DNA of 64,000 bases, taken from the NCBI GenBank assembly GCA_024681515.1, contig JAILAR010000026.1, positions 8,799 through 72,798 of the forward strand, written 5' to 3'. The DNA is from Eubacterium sp. Its GTDB lineage: Bacteria; Bacillota; Clostridia; Lachnospirales; Lachnospiraceae. Below are positions 8,930 through 18,000 of the stretch, one piece after another. Made by a program: the position numbers and the translations under genes. How positions within the stretch are numbered: position 1 is the first letter of the stretch; every line of letters begins with the position of its first letter. The notes beneath the pieces are model-generated. The model had not been told where the DNA came from and made no database searches. It saw only the letters and a program-made list of their open reading frames with translations.

Positions 8930-9526
8930 TTGAGAATAGTAGTTATCAGGCATGTTGAAGTGGATTTTTGCTGGAGTAAGAAGTGTTCGTCAGACAGATT
9001 TGATTCAGAATGCAGCGAATATGACAAGGCTCCCATTAAAAAAGAAATGTACAAAATTCCGAGGATCAAATATCAGAGAGTATATATCAGCAGGTTATCC
9101 AGAAGCCGTGATACGGCGGAGAAATTGTTTCCTGATGATAAATATACTGAATCCAGACTGATAAGCGAGGTTCCTCTCAGATCGAGTTTTGATACGGAAA
9201 AAAAGATGCCGTTATGGTTCTGGAATGCAACGGGACGATTTCAGTGGTTTATCAACAGCACAAGGCAGATTGAGGGGCGCAGGCAAACAAAAAAACGAGC
9301 AAGACGGTTTGTTACAGTAATCAGTAATGAAAATAAGAATTGTGCTATTGTTACACATGGATTCTTTATGCATACATTATTGCAGGAGTTGAAAAAGGCA
9401 GGGTTCAGGATTAATAATTATTCGTTTAAATATAAGAATGGGGAAGCTATTATAGCGGAGAAGCGGAAGACAGATAAAATAACGAGGAGAATTCACTGTG
9501 AAGGAAAAAAACATTACATCCTATGA
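8930..9526 (+). CDS. histidine phosphatase family protein
   Basis: TTG start after GGGAG. RH motif VVIRHVE and distal His motif VTHGFFM. Confidence 0.7.
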   Translation: MRIVVIRHVEVDFCWSKKCSSDRFDSECSEYDKAPIKKEMYKIPRIKYQRVYISRLSRSRDTAEKLFPDDKYTESRLISEVPLRSSFDTEKKMPLWFWNATGRFQWFINSTRQIEGRRQTKKRARRFVTVISNENKNCAIVTHGFFMHTLLQELKKAGFRINNYSFKYKNGEAIIAEKRKTDKITRRIHCEGKKHYIL

Positions 9527-9920
9527 AAGCGTGTTTATGCGGATCAGCGGAATGCGGCTTACACAGGAATATGAGATTATGCCGAAAGATTCTGGCACTG
9601 AGATTTCAGATTATTGGATGCGATGCGTAAGTGGTGGCGGAATGGAAAGAGAGCTGCAGCGGAGAGCTTTCTGTCCGGACAGTCAGATGCTGGAAATACT
9701 GAATCAGTGTAACATTCTGAAATGGGACGGCTTTCATGGGAAGCATCCTCGCGGAGTTTTGGATGGAGAAATGTTTTCCTTTCGGGCTATCGTCAATGGC
9801 GGAGAAATCATTCAGGCAGATGGATCGGCGAACTTCCCCAAGAACTTCAGGGAGTTCCGAAGGGCTGTAGACCAGATGTTATCAGAAGCGGATAATAAAA
9901 CAGTCATCCATCGGAAGTAG
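9498..9920 (+). CDS. hypothetical protein
   Basis: GTG 9498 lies 6 nt after GAGGAGAA. 140 aa with no motif I recognise. Confidence 0.5.
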   Translation: MKEKNITSYESVFMRISGMRLTQEYEIMPKDSGTEISDYWMRCVSGGGMERELQRRAFCPDSQMLEILNQCNILKWDGFHGKHPRGVLDGEMFSFRAIVNGGEIIQADGSANFPKNFREFRRAVDQMLSEADNKTVIHRK

Positions 9921-9929
9921 ATTGGATTA

Positions 9930-9978
9930 TTCTCTCGACGGGCCCCAATGCCATGTCGGGAGAATTTTTGTTTTTTTC
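9930..9978 (+). terminator. rho-independent terminator
   Basis: 10-bp stem TTCTCTCGAC / GTCGGGAGAA (one G-U pair) followed by a long T-run. Confidence 0.75.
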
Positions 9979-10071
9979 CGATTTGTGATGAGAAGACGCC
10001 AAAATTTTATAGGCTGCTGAGTTACGCACGATCCATATGTCCTTTGGGAAATCCCATATACTTTTGATGAG

Positions 10072-11084
10072 GTGCGTGTCAGAGACTGGATTGAACGGAA
10101 CAGGAACCGTTACCGGGAAACAGGATATGGATTATGGGCCGTCTGTCTCAAGAAAACCGGTGAAATGATAGGTGACTCAGGATTGACGATTCAGAATATC
10201 AACGGAGAATTATTGCCGGAAATCGGCTATCATATTCGCCGTGACTGCCAACGGAAGGGTTATGCCGGGGAAGCCGCAAGGGCAGTTCGGAACTGGGCTT
10301 TTCAGAATACGGATTATCCTGCTTTGTATTCCTACTGCAAATACACAAACGAGGCTTCGATCCGGACGGCAGAATCAATAGGTATGCATTTCGATAGAGA
10401 GTATCCGGATGAGGTTAACGGAATCACACATGTGTCTGTGATTTCAAGGGATGATCTGATTCATAACATGATTATCTGGGCAAAGAACAAACTTGGCAGT
10501 ACAGAATATGCAGGATGGTGCCTTTCGTTTGTTGAGTATGCGCTGGAAATCAGCAACGGGATCGAGATATTTGGCGGAGATTCCGCAAAAGAGTCCTGCG
10601 AACTGTACAGCGATGCGTTGCAAAATGGAATACCGGAAGAAGGTTCTTTTGTATTCTACGATTGTCTGTGTCCCGGCAACGATGGGCTTGTGAACTGGGG
10701 ACATTGTGGTTACTTCTGATCGGTGTGGGACACGAACGCAATACTTACCTTCATTCGGTGGATGAAAGACTCGGTATACCGGACCGTCTGAACCCGGATC
10801 CATTTGTAATAACCATAACGGATCAGGAAGGAAATACTCTTAAGTCTCCGCCTTTTCATACGCATTTCACGGCTGCGGCAGATCAGTGTGTGTCGGAGTA
10901 TTATTCGAATTACAAGGAAGCGTTTGAATATACAGGTGCGGTAAGTTATTCAAAGCTCGGAGATGCACTTGTATATGTTTGTGATGCAAGGCGCATGACT
11001 GATGCGCTCAAACTTATCTGGCAGAGAACGGACCACGATCTTTGTATAAAGCAAGAAGACATTGCGCACGAATACTATAGTTAA
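10072..11084 (+). pseudogene. GNAT (RimJ/RimL-like) fused to an NlpC/P60- or CHAP-like Cys/His domain, disrupted by frameshifts
   Basis: The GNAT core runs 10072 to about 10450 (GLWAVCLKKTGEMIGDSGL, QRKGYAGEAARAV). Its N-terminus lies in another frame upstream (DEKTPKFYRLLS, stop at 10018). A Cys motif YAGWCLSFVEYAL and His motif NWGHCG are followed by a stop at 10717. Frame 0 then continues with LLIGVGHERNTYLHSVD, which resembles the family pattern GxGxxxxIHS. Confidence 0.5.
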
Positions 11085-11121
11085 AATACAAAAATTATGT
11101 TTTTTCTGATTGGAGCAAGTA

Positions 11122-11165
11122 GTGTGTCAATATGGAACGTTCTATTTTTAAATTTATGATATAAT
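11122..11165 (+). promoter_or_regulatory. conserved upstream motif, copy B, with extended -10 box
   Basis: GTGTGTCAATATGGAACGTTCT, then TGaTATAAT (TATAAT at 11160-11165) 21 nt after GGAAC. Confidence 0.6.
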
Positions 11166-11172
11166 GCAAAAG

Positions 11173-11817
11173 ATGGAAAAACAGCGTTTAATGCATGAAA
11201 ATAACCATGGAGTTGCCGCGGGTCTTTTCTCGGATAGGGGAGCGATAACAGTGGGATCATTATTACAATCAACACGAAATACAAGAAATTTGCCTATCGG
11301 GGAATTTCGGTATATCCGAAGCGATTTTCCCGGGAAACTTACTGACGCAGAAATTGTGTGGCTGCGGGAACATGGCATTACAGCGATTATAGACCTCAGG
11401 GATGAAAGTGAATACAAAGAGCATCCCTGCAGGCTTGAGGATGAAGGCGGATTCATATATTTTCATATGCCTGTAACGGGCGGCGGTGGCGTTCCGGAGT
11501 CGCCGGATGCGGTCGCTGCATCCTATCTTGCCATGCTTGACGGACAGATGGATCGAATCGTTGATACCATATTGAATGCAAAGAGTAATGTGCTCTACTT
11601 CTGTCACGCAGGGAAGGACAGGACGGGAGTAGTGTCTGCGGTTATTCTGAAGAGATTGGGAGTTGATGATCAGACGATCATAGATGACTATATGAAAACA
11701 AAGGATAATCTGATGGATGTACTTACACAATATGTGATGGAACATCCGGAAGTAGATATCAATACCATTATTCCAAGGGAAGAGAACATAATAAAGGTTT
11801 TGGAGAATCTGACATAA
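11173..11817 (+). CDS. protein-tyrosine phosphatase (Y_phosphatase3-like)
   Basis: CX5R P-loop FCHAGKDRTG. NTRNLPIGEFRYIRSD and IIDLRDESE are typical. The track start 11164 overlaps the -10 box, so ATG 11173 (possibly leaderless) or 11191 is more likely. Confidence 0.8.
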   Translation: MEKQRLMHENNHGVAAGLFSDRGAITVGSLLQSTRNTRNLPIGEFRYIRSDFPGKLTDAEIVWLREHGITAIIDLRDESEYKEHPCRLEDEGGFIYFHMPVTGGGGVPESPDAVAASYLAMLDGQMDRIVDTILNAKSNVLYFCHAGKDRTGVVSAVILKRLGVDDQTIIDDYMKTKDNLMDVLTQYVMEHPEVDINTIIPREENIIKVLENLT

Positions 11818-11844
11818 TAGAGAAGAAGAAAGAATTTGATTCAA

Positions 11845-11982
11845 CTTGTGAACCGGGCTTTTCATCTCATCCTGCTGGATATCAATCTGCCGGATGCGGA
11901 GGGATTCGATGTCTGCAGGGAATTGTGGAGAGTGTCCGAGGTGCCGGTGATCTTCGCCAGCGCAAGGACCAGCGAAATATAA
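11845..11982 (+). pseudogene. fragment of a response-regulator receiver domain
   Basis: HLILLDINLPDAEGFDVCRELWRVSEVPVIFASARTSEI* is the central part of an OmpR/PhoB-type receiver. It has no N-terminal Asp pocket, no output domain, and stops TAA TAG just upstream. Confidence 0.6.
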
Positions 11983-11989
11983 AGAAAAA

Positions 11990-12455
11990 GGTAGGGCGGT
12001 CCGTGAAGGGCCGCCCGACCTTTGGATTCATGATCATTATCTGTGTCTTGCTGCATTCCATATCCGAGAGCCGGGAGGTATCGGCACGGTATTCCTTTCC
12101 GTCTGCGGTTTTTCCTGCCATGATATTGTCGTAGGCAGAAAGAAAGGCATTCAGCGACTTCTCCATTTTTTTGAACTCCGGGGTGTTCCATGCCTTGAAC
12201 AGTGTGTGATCTGCCATGGAATGCCATTGCCTGCGCATGCTGTCGACGTAGGACGAGACTCTCCGCATGTCATCCATATGGGCCTTCCCTGTGGGATCGG
12301 TGGGACGTTCTGCAACGGTGGCAGGATCCAGGATCCGGTACTTGTCCTCTGAATAGGAAGCATTGGGATATTTACGCTCTTCAGTTTTTTTGCGGCCTCC
12401 GGATCGGTGTCAGCTTCTCTCTGCAGTTCGCTGTATCCGATATCAAAAAAAGTGC
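11990..12455 (-). pseudogene. frameshifted internal fragment of an unknown larger gene
   Basis: Two - strand frames read like coding sequence: ...DIGYSELQREADTDPEAAKK, then after an A7 run ...EERKYPNASYSEDKYRILDPATVAERPTDPTGKAHMDDMRRVSSYVDSMRRQWHSMADHTLFKAWNTPEFKKMEKSLNAFLSAYDNIMAGK. There is no start codon or SD sequence, and the fragment abuts the receiver fragment. Confidence 0.35.
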
Positions 12456-12573
12456 AACACGGCACTATTGTCAATCTTATTGTCAGTTCACAGACGGGAT
12501 GTGGGATGGTATAATCATAGAGTACTATGAGGTTTGGGAAAAAGGACGGAAGAACGAGGGAGATGCATACCAT

Positions 12574-13443
12574 ATGAATGAAGTAAATTATTTCATCAAA
12601 AGAATTGAAAAAGCGGATATTCCGGATTGCGTCAGTGTGATACGACGCAGTTTCCGGACCGTAGCGGATGAATTTGGCTTTACTGAAGAAAATGCGCCCG
12701 CATTTACAGCATTTGCCACGACTGAAGAAAAGGCAGAGAAGTGGATGACCGAGCAGGGCCGGCCAATGTACGGATGCTTTGAGAATGATCGACTGGTCGG
12801 ATACTATAATCTGCTTTCCGGAGAGGCTGGATATGAACTGGGCAGTCTCTCGGTTCTTCCGGAATACAGGCATGAGGGAATAGGACGAAATCTTCTTACG
12901 GATGCATTGATCCGTGCTGCAGCAGCGAATGCCGATAAAATGGAGCTTAGTATCGTGGAGGAAAATGCCACCCTTCGGAAATGGTACGAGGATATGGGTT
13001 TCACTCACACCGGAACCAGGAAGTTTGATTTCTTTCCGTTTACCTGCGGCTATCTGGAAAGAGATTTAAGAGAATCTCCGATCAGAATTGAGAACCTGAT
13101 GCTTAGCAGAGGTCATATCATACTCTGGTTGGTAAAGAAAATGTTGGAGGAGAAAACGGAAGTATCCTTCCCGAGATTTGTCTATATTTCGGGAGAACTG
13201 GCTTTAAACGGTAAATTTTATGCGGATATGGATCGTGAACGGTATTGGGTCGAAAAACCGGCTGAGTCGGTGTATTTTCCGGAAGATCTTTCTATTTTGG
13301 GCACGGTCACGGATGAAGAGATACTTCAGATCATCATTGCAGCGAATGAAAGAAATAAATCGGATCAGAAAAATGTACAGATCATTTTTGATCCGATCAG
13401 TTCCGTTCGTGTGATTCGGATTTACGAACAGAACTCACAATAA
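12574..13443 (+). CDS. GNAT N-acetyltransferase with an extra ~125-aa C-terminal domain
   Basis: ATG 12574 lies downstream of an extended -10 box (TGgTATAAT at ~12508-12516). GNAT motif LPEYRHEGIGRNLLTDAL...YEDMGF. The C-terminal region has no recognisable motif. The track ORF start at 12202 is an artefactual extension. Confidence 0.75.
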   Translation: MNEVNYFIKRIEKADIPDCVSVIRRSFRTVADEFGFTEENAPAFTAFATTEEKAEKWMTEQGRPMYGCFENDRLVGYYNLLSGEAGYELGSLSVLPEYRHEGIGRNLLTDALIRAAAANADKMELSIVEENATLRKWYEDMGFTHTGTRKFDFFPFTCGYLERDLRESPIRIENLMLSRGHIILWLVKKMLEEKTEVSFPRFVYISGELALNGKFYADMDRERYWVEKPAESVYFPEDLSILGTVTDEEILQIIIAANERNKSDQKNVQIIFDPISSVRVIRIYEQNSQ

Positions 13444-13503
13444 TAAAGAGACTTGTTGCCGGATAATTGTGAAACACCGGAAACTGTGATGGTTCTTACT
13501 GAT

Positions 13504-13548
13504 GTGTGCCAATATGGAACATTTTTTCTCCTTGATGTATGCTATAAT
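13504..13548 (+). promoter_or_regulatory. conserved upstream motif, copy C, with extended -10 box
   Basis: GTGTGCCAATATGGAACATTTTTT, then TGcTATAAT (TATAAT at 13543-13548) 22 nt after GGAAC. Confidence 0.6.
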
Positions 13549-13611
13549 ACAAGTGATTTCAATAAATCTAATATAACATCAGATTGAAGATTTTTCCGGG
13601 AGGTTATCTAT

Positions 13612-14946
13612 ATGAACATTGATCATGTGGCATTTAGTCAGGTGGCAACAACGCTTGCAAAGCATTTTGACAGCCTGTATTACGTGGATATTGAATCTGA
13701 CAGTTTTATAGAGTTTTTCCATTCACAGATGCTGGATGAATTAAACCTTCCTGAACAGGGAGCGGACTTTTTTGCTTTTCTTAGGGAACAGGCCGGAAGG
13801 ATCGTACATCCGGACGACATCGACTATGTGCTGCGGCTGATCGATAAGGAATCAATCATAAAGAAAATAACAGAGAATAATTCCAGTCTGATGGTATGCC
13901 GGTTCGTGCTGGGGGGAAAGATCATTCATATCTGCCATATCAGTATTCTGTGTGAGGATAATAAGCATATTTTGGGCTGTATCAAGAATATTGAGGCTGA
14001 GTATCGTACGCAGGAGGAGCAGGAAATGCTCCTGAAATCCGCTGAGCGCCTGGCCAGACTTGATGAACTGACGGGAGCCAAGAATAAAAATGCTTATACG
14101 GAACATGTTCGGCTGATCGATGATATGATCGGATCCGGTGTGAAGATAGCGCCCTTCGCCGTTGTCATGTGTGATATCAATGATCTGAAATTGATCAATG
14201 ATTCCAGAGGACACAGCTTCGGTGATGAATCCATACAGAAAGCAGGTCGTTTGATCTGCAATATTTACGAAAAAAGTGCGGTATACAGGGTCGGAGGCGA
14301 TGAATTTGTCGCTATTCTTACAGATGACGATTTCGAAAAGCGTGATGATCTGCTGAGCCTGCTCTGTATAGAATCCAGAACAAATGGCAAATGGCGTTCC
14401 GGCCCGGTGGTTGCCTGCGGTATGTCGGTTTATGATCCCGAAGAGGACAGTTGCTTTAACGATGTATTTGAACGTGCAGATGCCGATATGTACAGGAATA
14501 AAAAGGAGCTGAAGAACGAAGCCGCTGCAGAGAAAATTAAAAAAGCGGCAACGATCGATCAGGATATTCCGGATGAGCGAAAGAGGCAGCTGGATAGTTT
14601 CTTTGGTGCTTTATACACCACGGCCGGGGACGGATATGTCTTTCTGACAGACCTGAAATACAGCTTCTCCCGGTGGTCACTTACCCTGGTCAATGATTTC
14701 GGTCTTCCCTCTGAATATATGTACCATGTGGAAAAAACCTGGGAAAAATGCATCCATCCGGAGGATCTGAATCGATATCAGGAAGTGGTGGAAGCCGTTT
14801 TAACAGGAAATTCCGTACTGTACTCCATCAGTTATCGAGCACAAAAGGCGGATGGAACCTATGTGTTCCTTAAACCGAGAGGTTTCGTAATATGCGACAG
14901 CAACGGAGAACCTGAGTATTTCGGTGGGATCATCATCCCTCAGTAA
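13612..14946 (+). CDS. diguanylate cyclase with N-terminal sensor region and C-terminal PAS-like domain
   Basis: SD GGGAGG. LDELTGAKNKNAY, INDSRGHSFGD, RVGGDEFVAIL. The C-terminal IHPEDLNRYQEVV...YRAQKADGTYVFLKPRG is PAS-like. Confidence 0.9.
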   Translation: MNIDHVAFSQVATTLAKHFDSLYYVDIESDSFIEFFHSQMLDELNLPEQGADFFAFLREQAGRIVHPDDIDYVLRLIDKESIIKKITENNSSLMVCRFVLGGKIIHICHISILCEDNKHILGCIKNIEAEYRTQEEQEMLLKSAERLARLDELTGAKNKNAYTEHVRLIDDMIGSGVKIAPFAVVMCDINDLKLINDSRGHSFGDESIQKAGRLICNIYEKSAVYRVGGDEFVAILTDDDFEKRDDLLSLLCIESRTNGKWRSGPVVACGMSVYDPEEDSCFNDVFERADADMYRNKKELKNEAAAEKIKKAATIDQDIPDERKRQLDSFFGALYTTAGDGYVFLTDLKYSFSRWSLTLVNDFGLPSEYMYHVEKTWEKCIHPEDLNRYQEVVEAVLTGNSVLYSISYRAQKADGTYVFLKPRGFVICDSNGEPEYFGGIIIPQ

Positions 14947-14955
14947 ACTATCTTT

Positions 14956-15000
14956 GTGTGCCAAGATGGAACGTTCTTTTGTCTTGGTTTATGATTTAAT
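14956..15000 (+). promoter_or_regulatory. conserved upstream motif, copy D, with extended -10 box
   Basis: GTGTGCCAAGATGGAACGTTCTTTT, then TGaTTTAAT (14995-15000) 22 nt after GGAAC. Confidence 0.6.
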
Positions 15001-15054
15001 ACGAGTGTATTCTGTCAGACGCAGAATACGAAACAATCCATAGGGAGAGATATA

Positions 15055-18000
15055 ATGGATAACGAAAAAACTGAAAACAAAAATAAATGGAAGAAATTAT
15101 ATGACGAGGACGGAAACCTCGCTTATGAAGGCTTTGCAAATTACAACACTCCCTGGGGAGCCGGTAAGGTGTATTTTCCGGATGGAACCGTGTACCAGGA
15201 GGGAATCTTTGGAAACAAGGGGCTTCTCTGTGGGAGGATGGCGTTTATGATAAGAATGATCAAAGGAAGACGCTTTAGATTGAGAAGCAGGCTGGCAGCA
15301 ACTGCACTCTGCTTCGGATTGGCCCTAAGTCAGCTGCCGGCGTATGCCGCACCGGATGAACAGGAAACGAAAAAATCGGCCGATCTGTCCGGTCAGCAAT
15401 ATATGGCGAGCACCGAGAATGGTATCGCCGATGAGAGTTGGAATACCTATGATACTGAGGGGCATCCGACACCCAGGGTGGACACCAACGGTACAGTGGT
15501 GGCGGTCTTTGACTGCGGCGTGGACTATGAGCATGAAGACCTAAGGAACGTCATGTGGAATGAAGGTCTAAATTATAAATCATTGGTGGACATGGGCGGC
15601 GGCAGCTATGGGATCTGTGTGAGTCCCATGAATTCCATGAGTGAAACATATGACAGCTCAGATCCCATGGATGATGAGAAGGAAGGACACGGAACCCACG
15701 TGGCCGGTATCATCGCGGCTGAATGGAATAACATCGGTATCAGTGGGATCACAAGCGGTGCGAAGATCATGGCTGTTAAGGTGTCAAATGACCGCGGTAT
15801 CACCTCCACTGCGGAACTCATCAACGGATATCGTTATGTGATCGAGGCGAAGAAGGCCGGCGTTAATGTGGTGGCAGTGAACATGTCTCTCGGTTTCCAG
15901 AGTGACGGAAATGCGTTAAATGAAATCATCACAGAGGCCGGGGAACTGGGTATCGTTACCTGCGTCGCAGCCAGCAATTCCATGAGAAATCTGGATCCGG
16001 AAAATGGGATCGCTGCGGCCCTTGCAGACAATCCGTATGTATTGGTCGTCGGTGCATCCAATGAAGAGGGCAATCCCTGGACGGATGAGGGCGACAGCGG
16101 CTCAAATTACGGACGTCGTACCGTGGATATTTTTGCACCCGGAGCAGGTATCATTTCCACATTCCCTGAACGTCTCGGTGAGCTGGACTCCACCAGTGAT
16201 ATCGTTGAAGAAGGAGGAAAGCGCTATTCCTTTGATTACAGCACGGATGAATATGATGTGACTGACGGAAAGGACAGTTCCGTCTTCGGCTATACAGGAG
16301 AGGAAACCGTACTTTCCAAGGGAACGGAAGGACTGACCTTATCCACGCCGAATGGCGGTGAGAGCGGTTCGTTTACGCTCGCTGTCCCTGTGCTTGAGAC
16401 CCTGAAAACCTGCAAGGGCGGCGTGATCACTGCTAAGGCTCCCGTTGGTACAACGGTGACTCTGACATTTAACTGTGATGGCAGAGACTATGGATCTGTG
16501 GACCGGGTTGCTGCCGGTGACGGCAGGATGGAACTCCCCTTTGTGATTCCGGATGATGACGGCATGGATCTTTCCGCGGCCATGCTTGAATTTGAAGTGT
16601 TTCCTCCTAACGGATCGGAAGAGGAAACCTCCGAGATTAAGGAGATCACTGTTCAAAAATCCGTATTCCATACCGGTAAAACCAAGTATCATACGGAATC
16701 CGGAACCTCCATGGCCACGCCCGTGATGGCGGGTGTTGCGGCCATGCTTTCCAGAGCATTTAAAAATGACACGGCAGACAAGATCGTTGCAAGAATGCAG
16801 GGCAGCGTAAAGCGTGTGGATTCACTGAAGGATAAATGTATTGCAGAGGGTATCTTTTCTCTGGACAGGGCACTGGATGAAAAGACCTTCCCCGTGATCA
16901 ACGGTCTGACCAGACAGGGAGATCAGGCAGTCATAACCGGTTACTTCTTCGGCAGTCTGATGCCAACCGTAAAAATCGACGGAAAGGAAGTGACATCCAT
17001 AAGCGGTAACAGTACAACGCTGACCGTGACGATCCCTGAGGGGGTAAAGGATGGTGAAGTGCTTGTAGAGGTTACCTCCGAGAAAGGTACCGGTCACCGG
17101 TTGATGCAGCTGGGAACGGCGGATAATCTCTATCCCCGACTGTCGCTGCCTGACGAGAGTGAAGAGGGCTTCTACGCAGCTGATATCATGTCCATGACAG
17201 CCATCGGAGATTCTCTGTATGTGGTTTTGGGAGCCGGAGATACACGGATCTACAGCTACAATACCGTGACAAAGACGTGGAAGAAGGAATATCAGGGTGA
17301 GTACCCTGCAACGGAAGGCGCCTGCGAGGTGAACGGAAAGCTTCTGTTCCTTACCTCCGATGTCATTAAGGGGCAGGATCACATCGGCTGCTTTGATCCC
17401 GCGTCCGAAAATGTTACATATAAACTTTATCAGGAAGATTTCTTTATCACACATGCGGCCCTTGTAAATGCCGGAACCGGTGTGTATATCGTCGGAGGCC
17501 GGGAGGGCGTCTATGGAAATATCAAAAACCAGGGAACAAACAGAAATATCATTTATGTGAATACGTCGGATCTTTCAGATATCAGAACCGAGACGATCGA
17601 GGATGCCAGAGTAAATGCTGAGAATCCGATCATTGCATCCGACGGACAGGGGACCATTTATATTTATGGATCCCAAAGCGGGGACAGTGAGATCTCCTTC
17701 ACAAAACCCATAACCATTAAGGCCACCGGTAATACCGCGACGGTATCGGAGGTCGCGGCAAAGGATATCTATCCGAAGACGAACCGGAATCAGATGGCAG
17801 TCGGTACCGCTGCGGTCACGGCAGCCGGAAATATCATGACGACGGGTCCTGTTGTGACGGACGATACAGGGAAGGTGATCGAGGATACCTATGTTGTTGG
17901 TCCCGGAAAGAAGAATATTCAATCTACAGGAAAAATCGTGAGCCTGACACCGGTATATCATCCGGTTTCCGCGGTGATCGGTGATACCTATTATGTGCTT

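Noticed and set aside
12202-12573. N-terminal extensions of track ORFs: 12202..13443, 39989..41221, 3361..4146, 61158..62339, 41317..42015 and 5419..5919.
   Set aside because: The upstream parts run through promoters, terminators or antisense genes, have no SD sequence, and read as non-protein-like sequence. Internal ATGs with SD sequences coincide with the family-typical N-termini.
14966-14985. Reading the conserved motif as a sigma-54 (TGGCAC-N5-TTGC) or ECF (GGAAC-N16-CGT) promoter.
   Set aside because: TGGAAC is present, but the -12 element (TTTG, TTTA, TTCT, ATTT) is not conserved. No CGT-type -10 box lies 16-17 nt downstream. An extended sigma-A -10 box at a fixed 21-22 nt is the better-supported reading.
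15013-15024. A 12-nt exact match, TCAGACGCAGAA, shared between 15013 and 21617.
   Set aside because: Many 12-mer coincidences are expected by chance in 64 kb, and the flanks show no further similarity.
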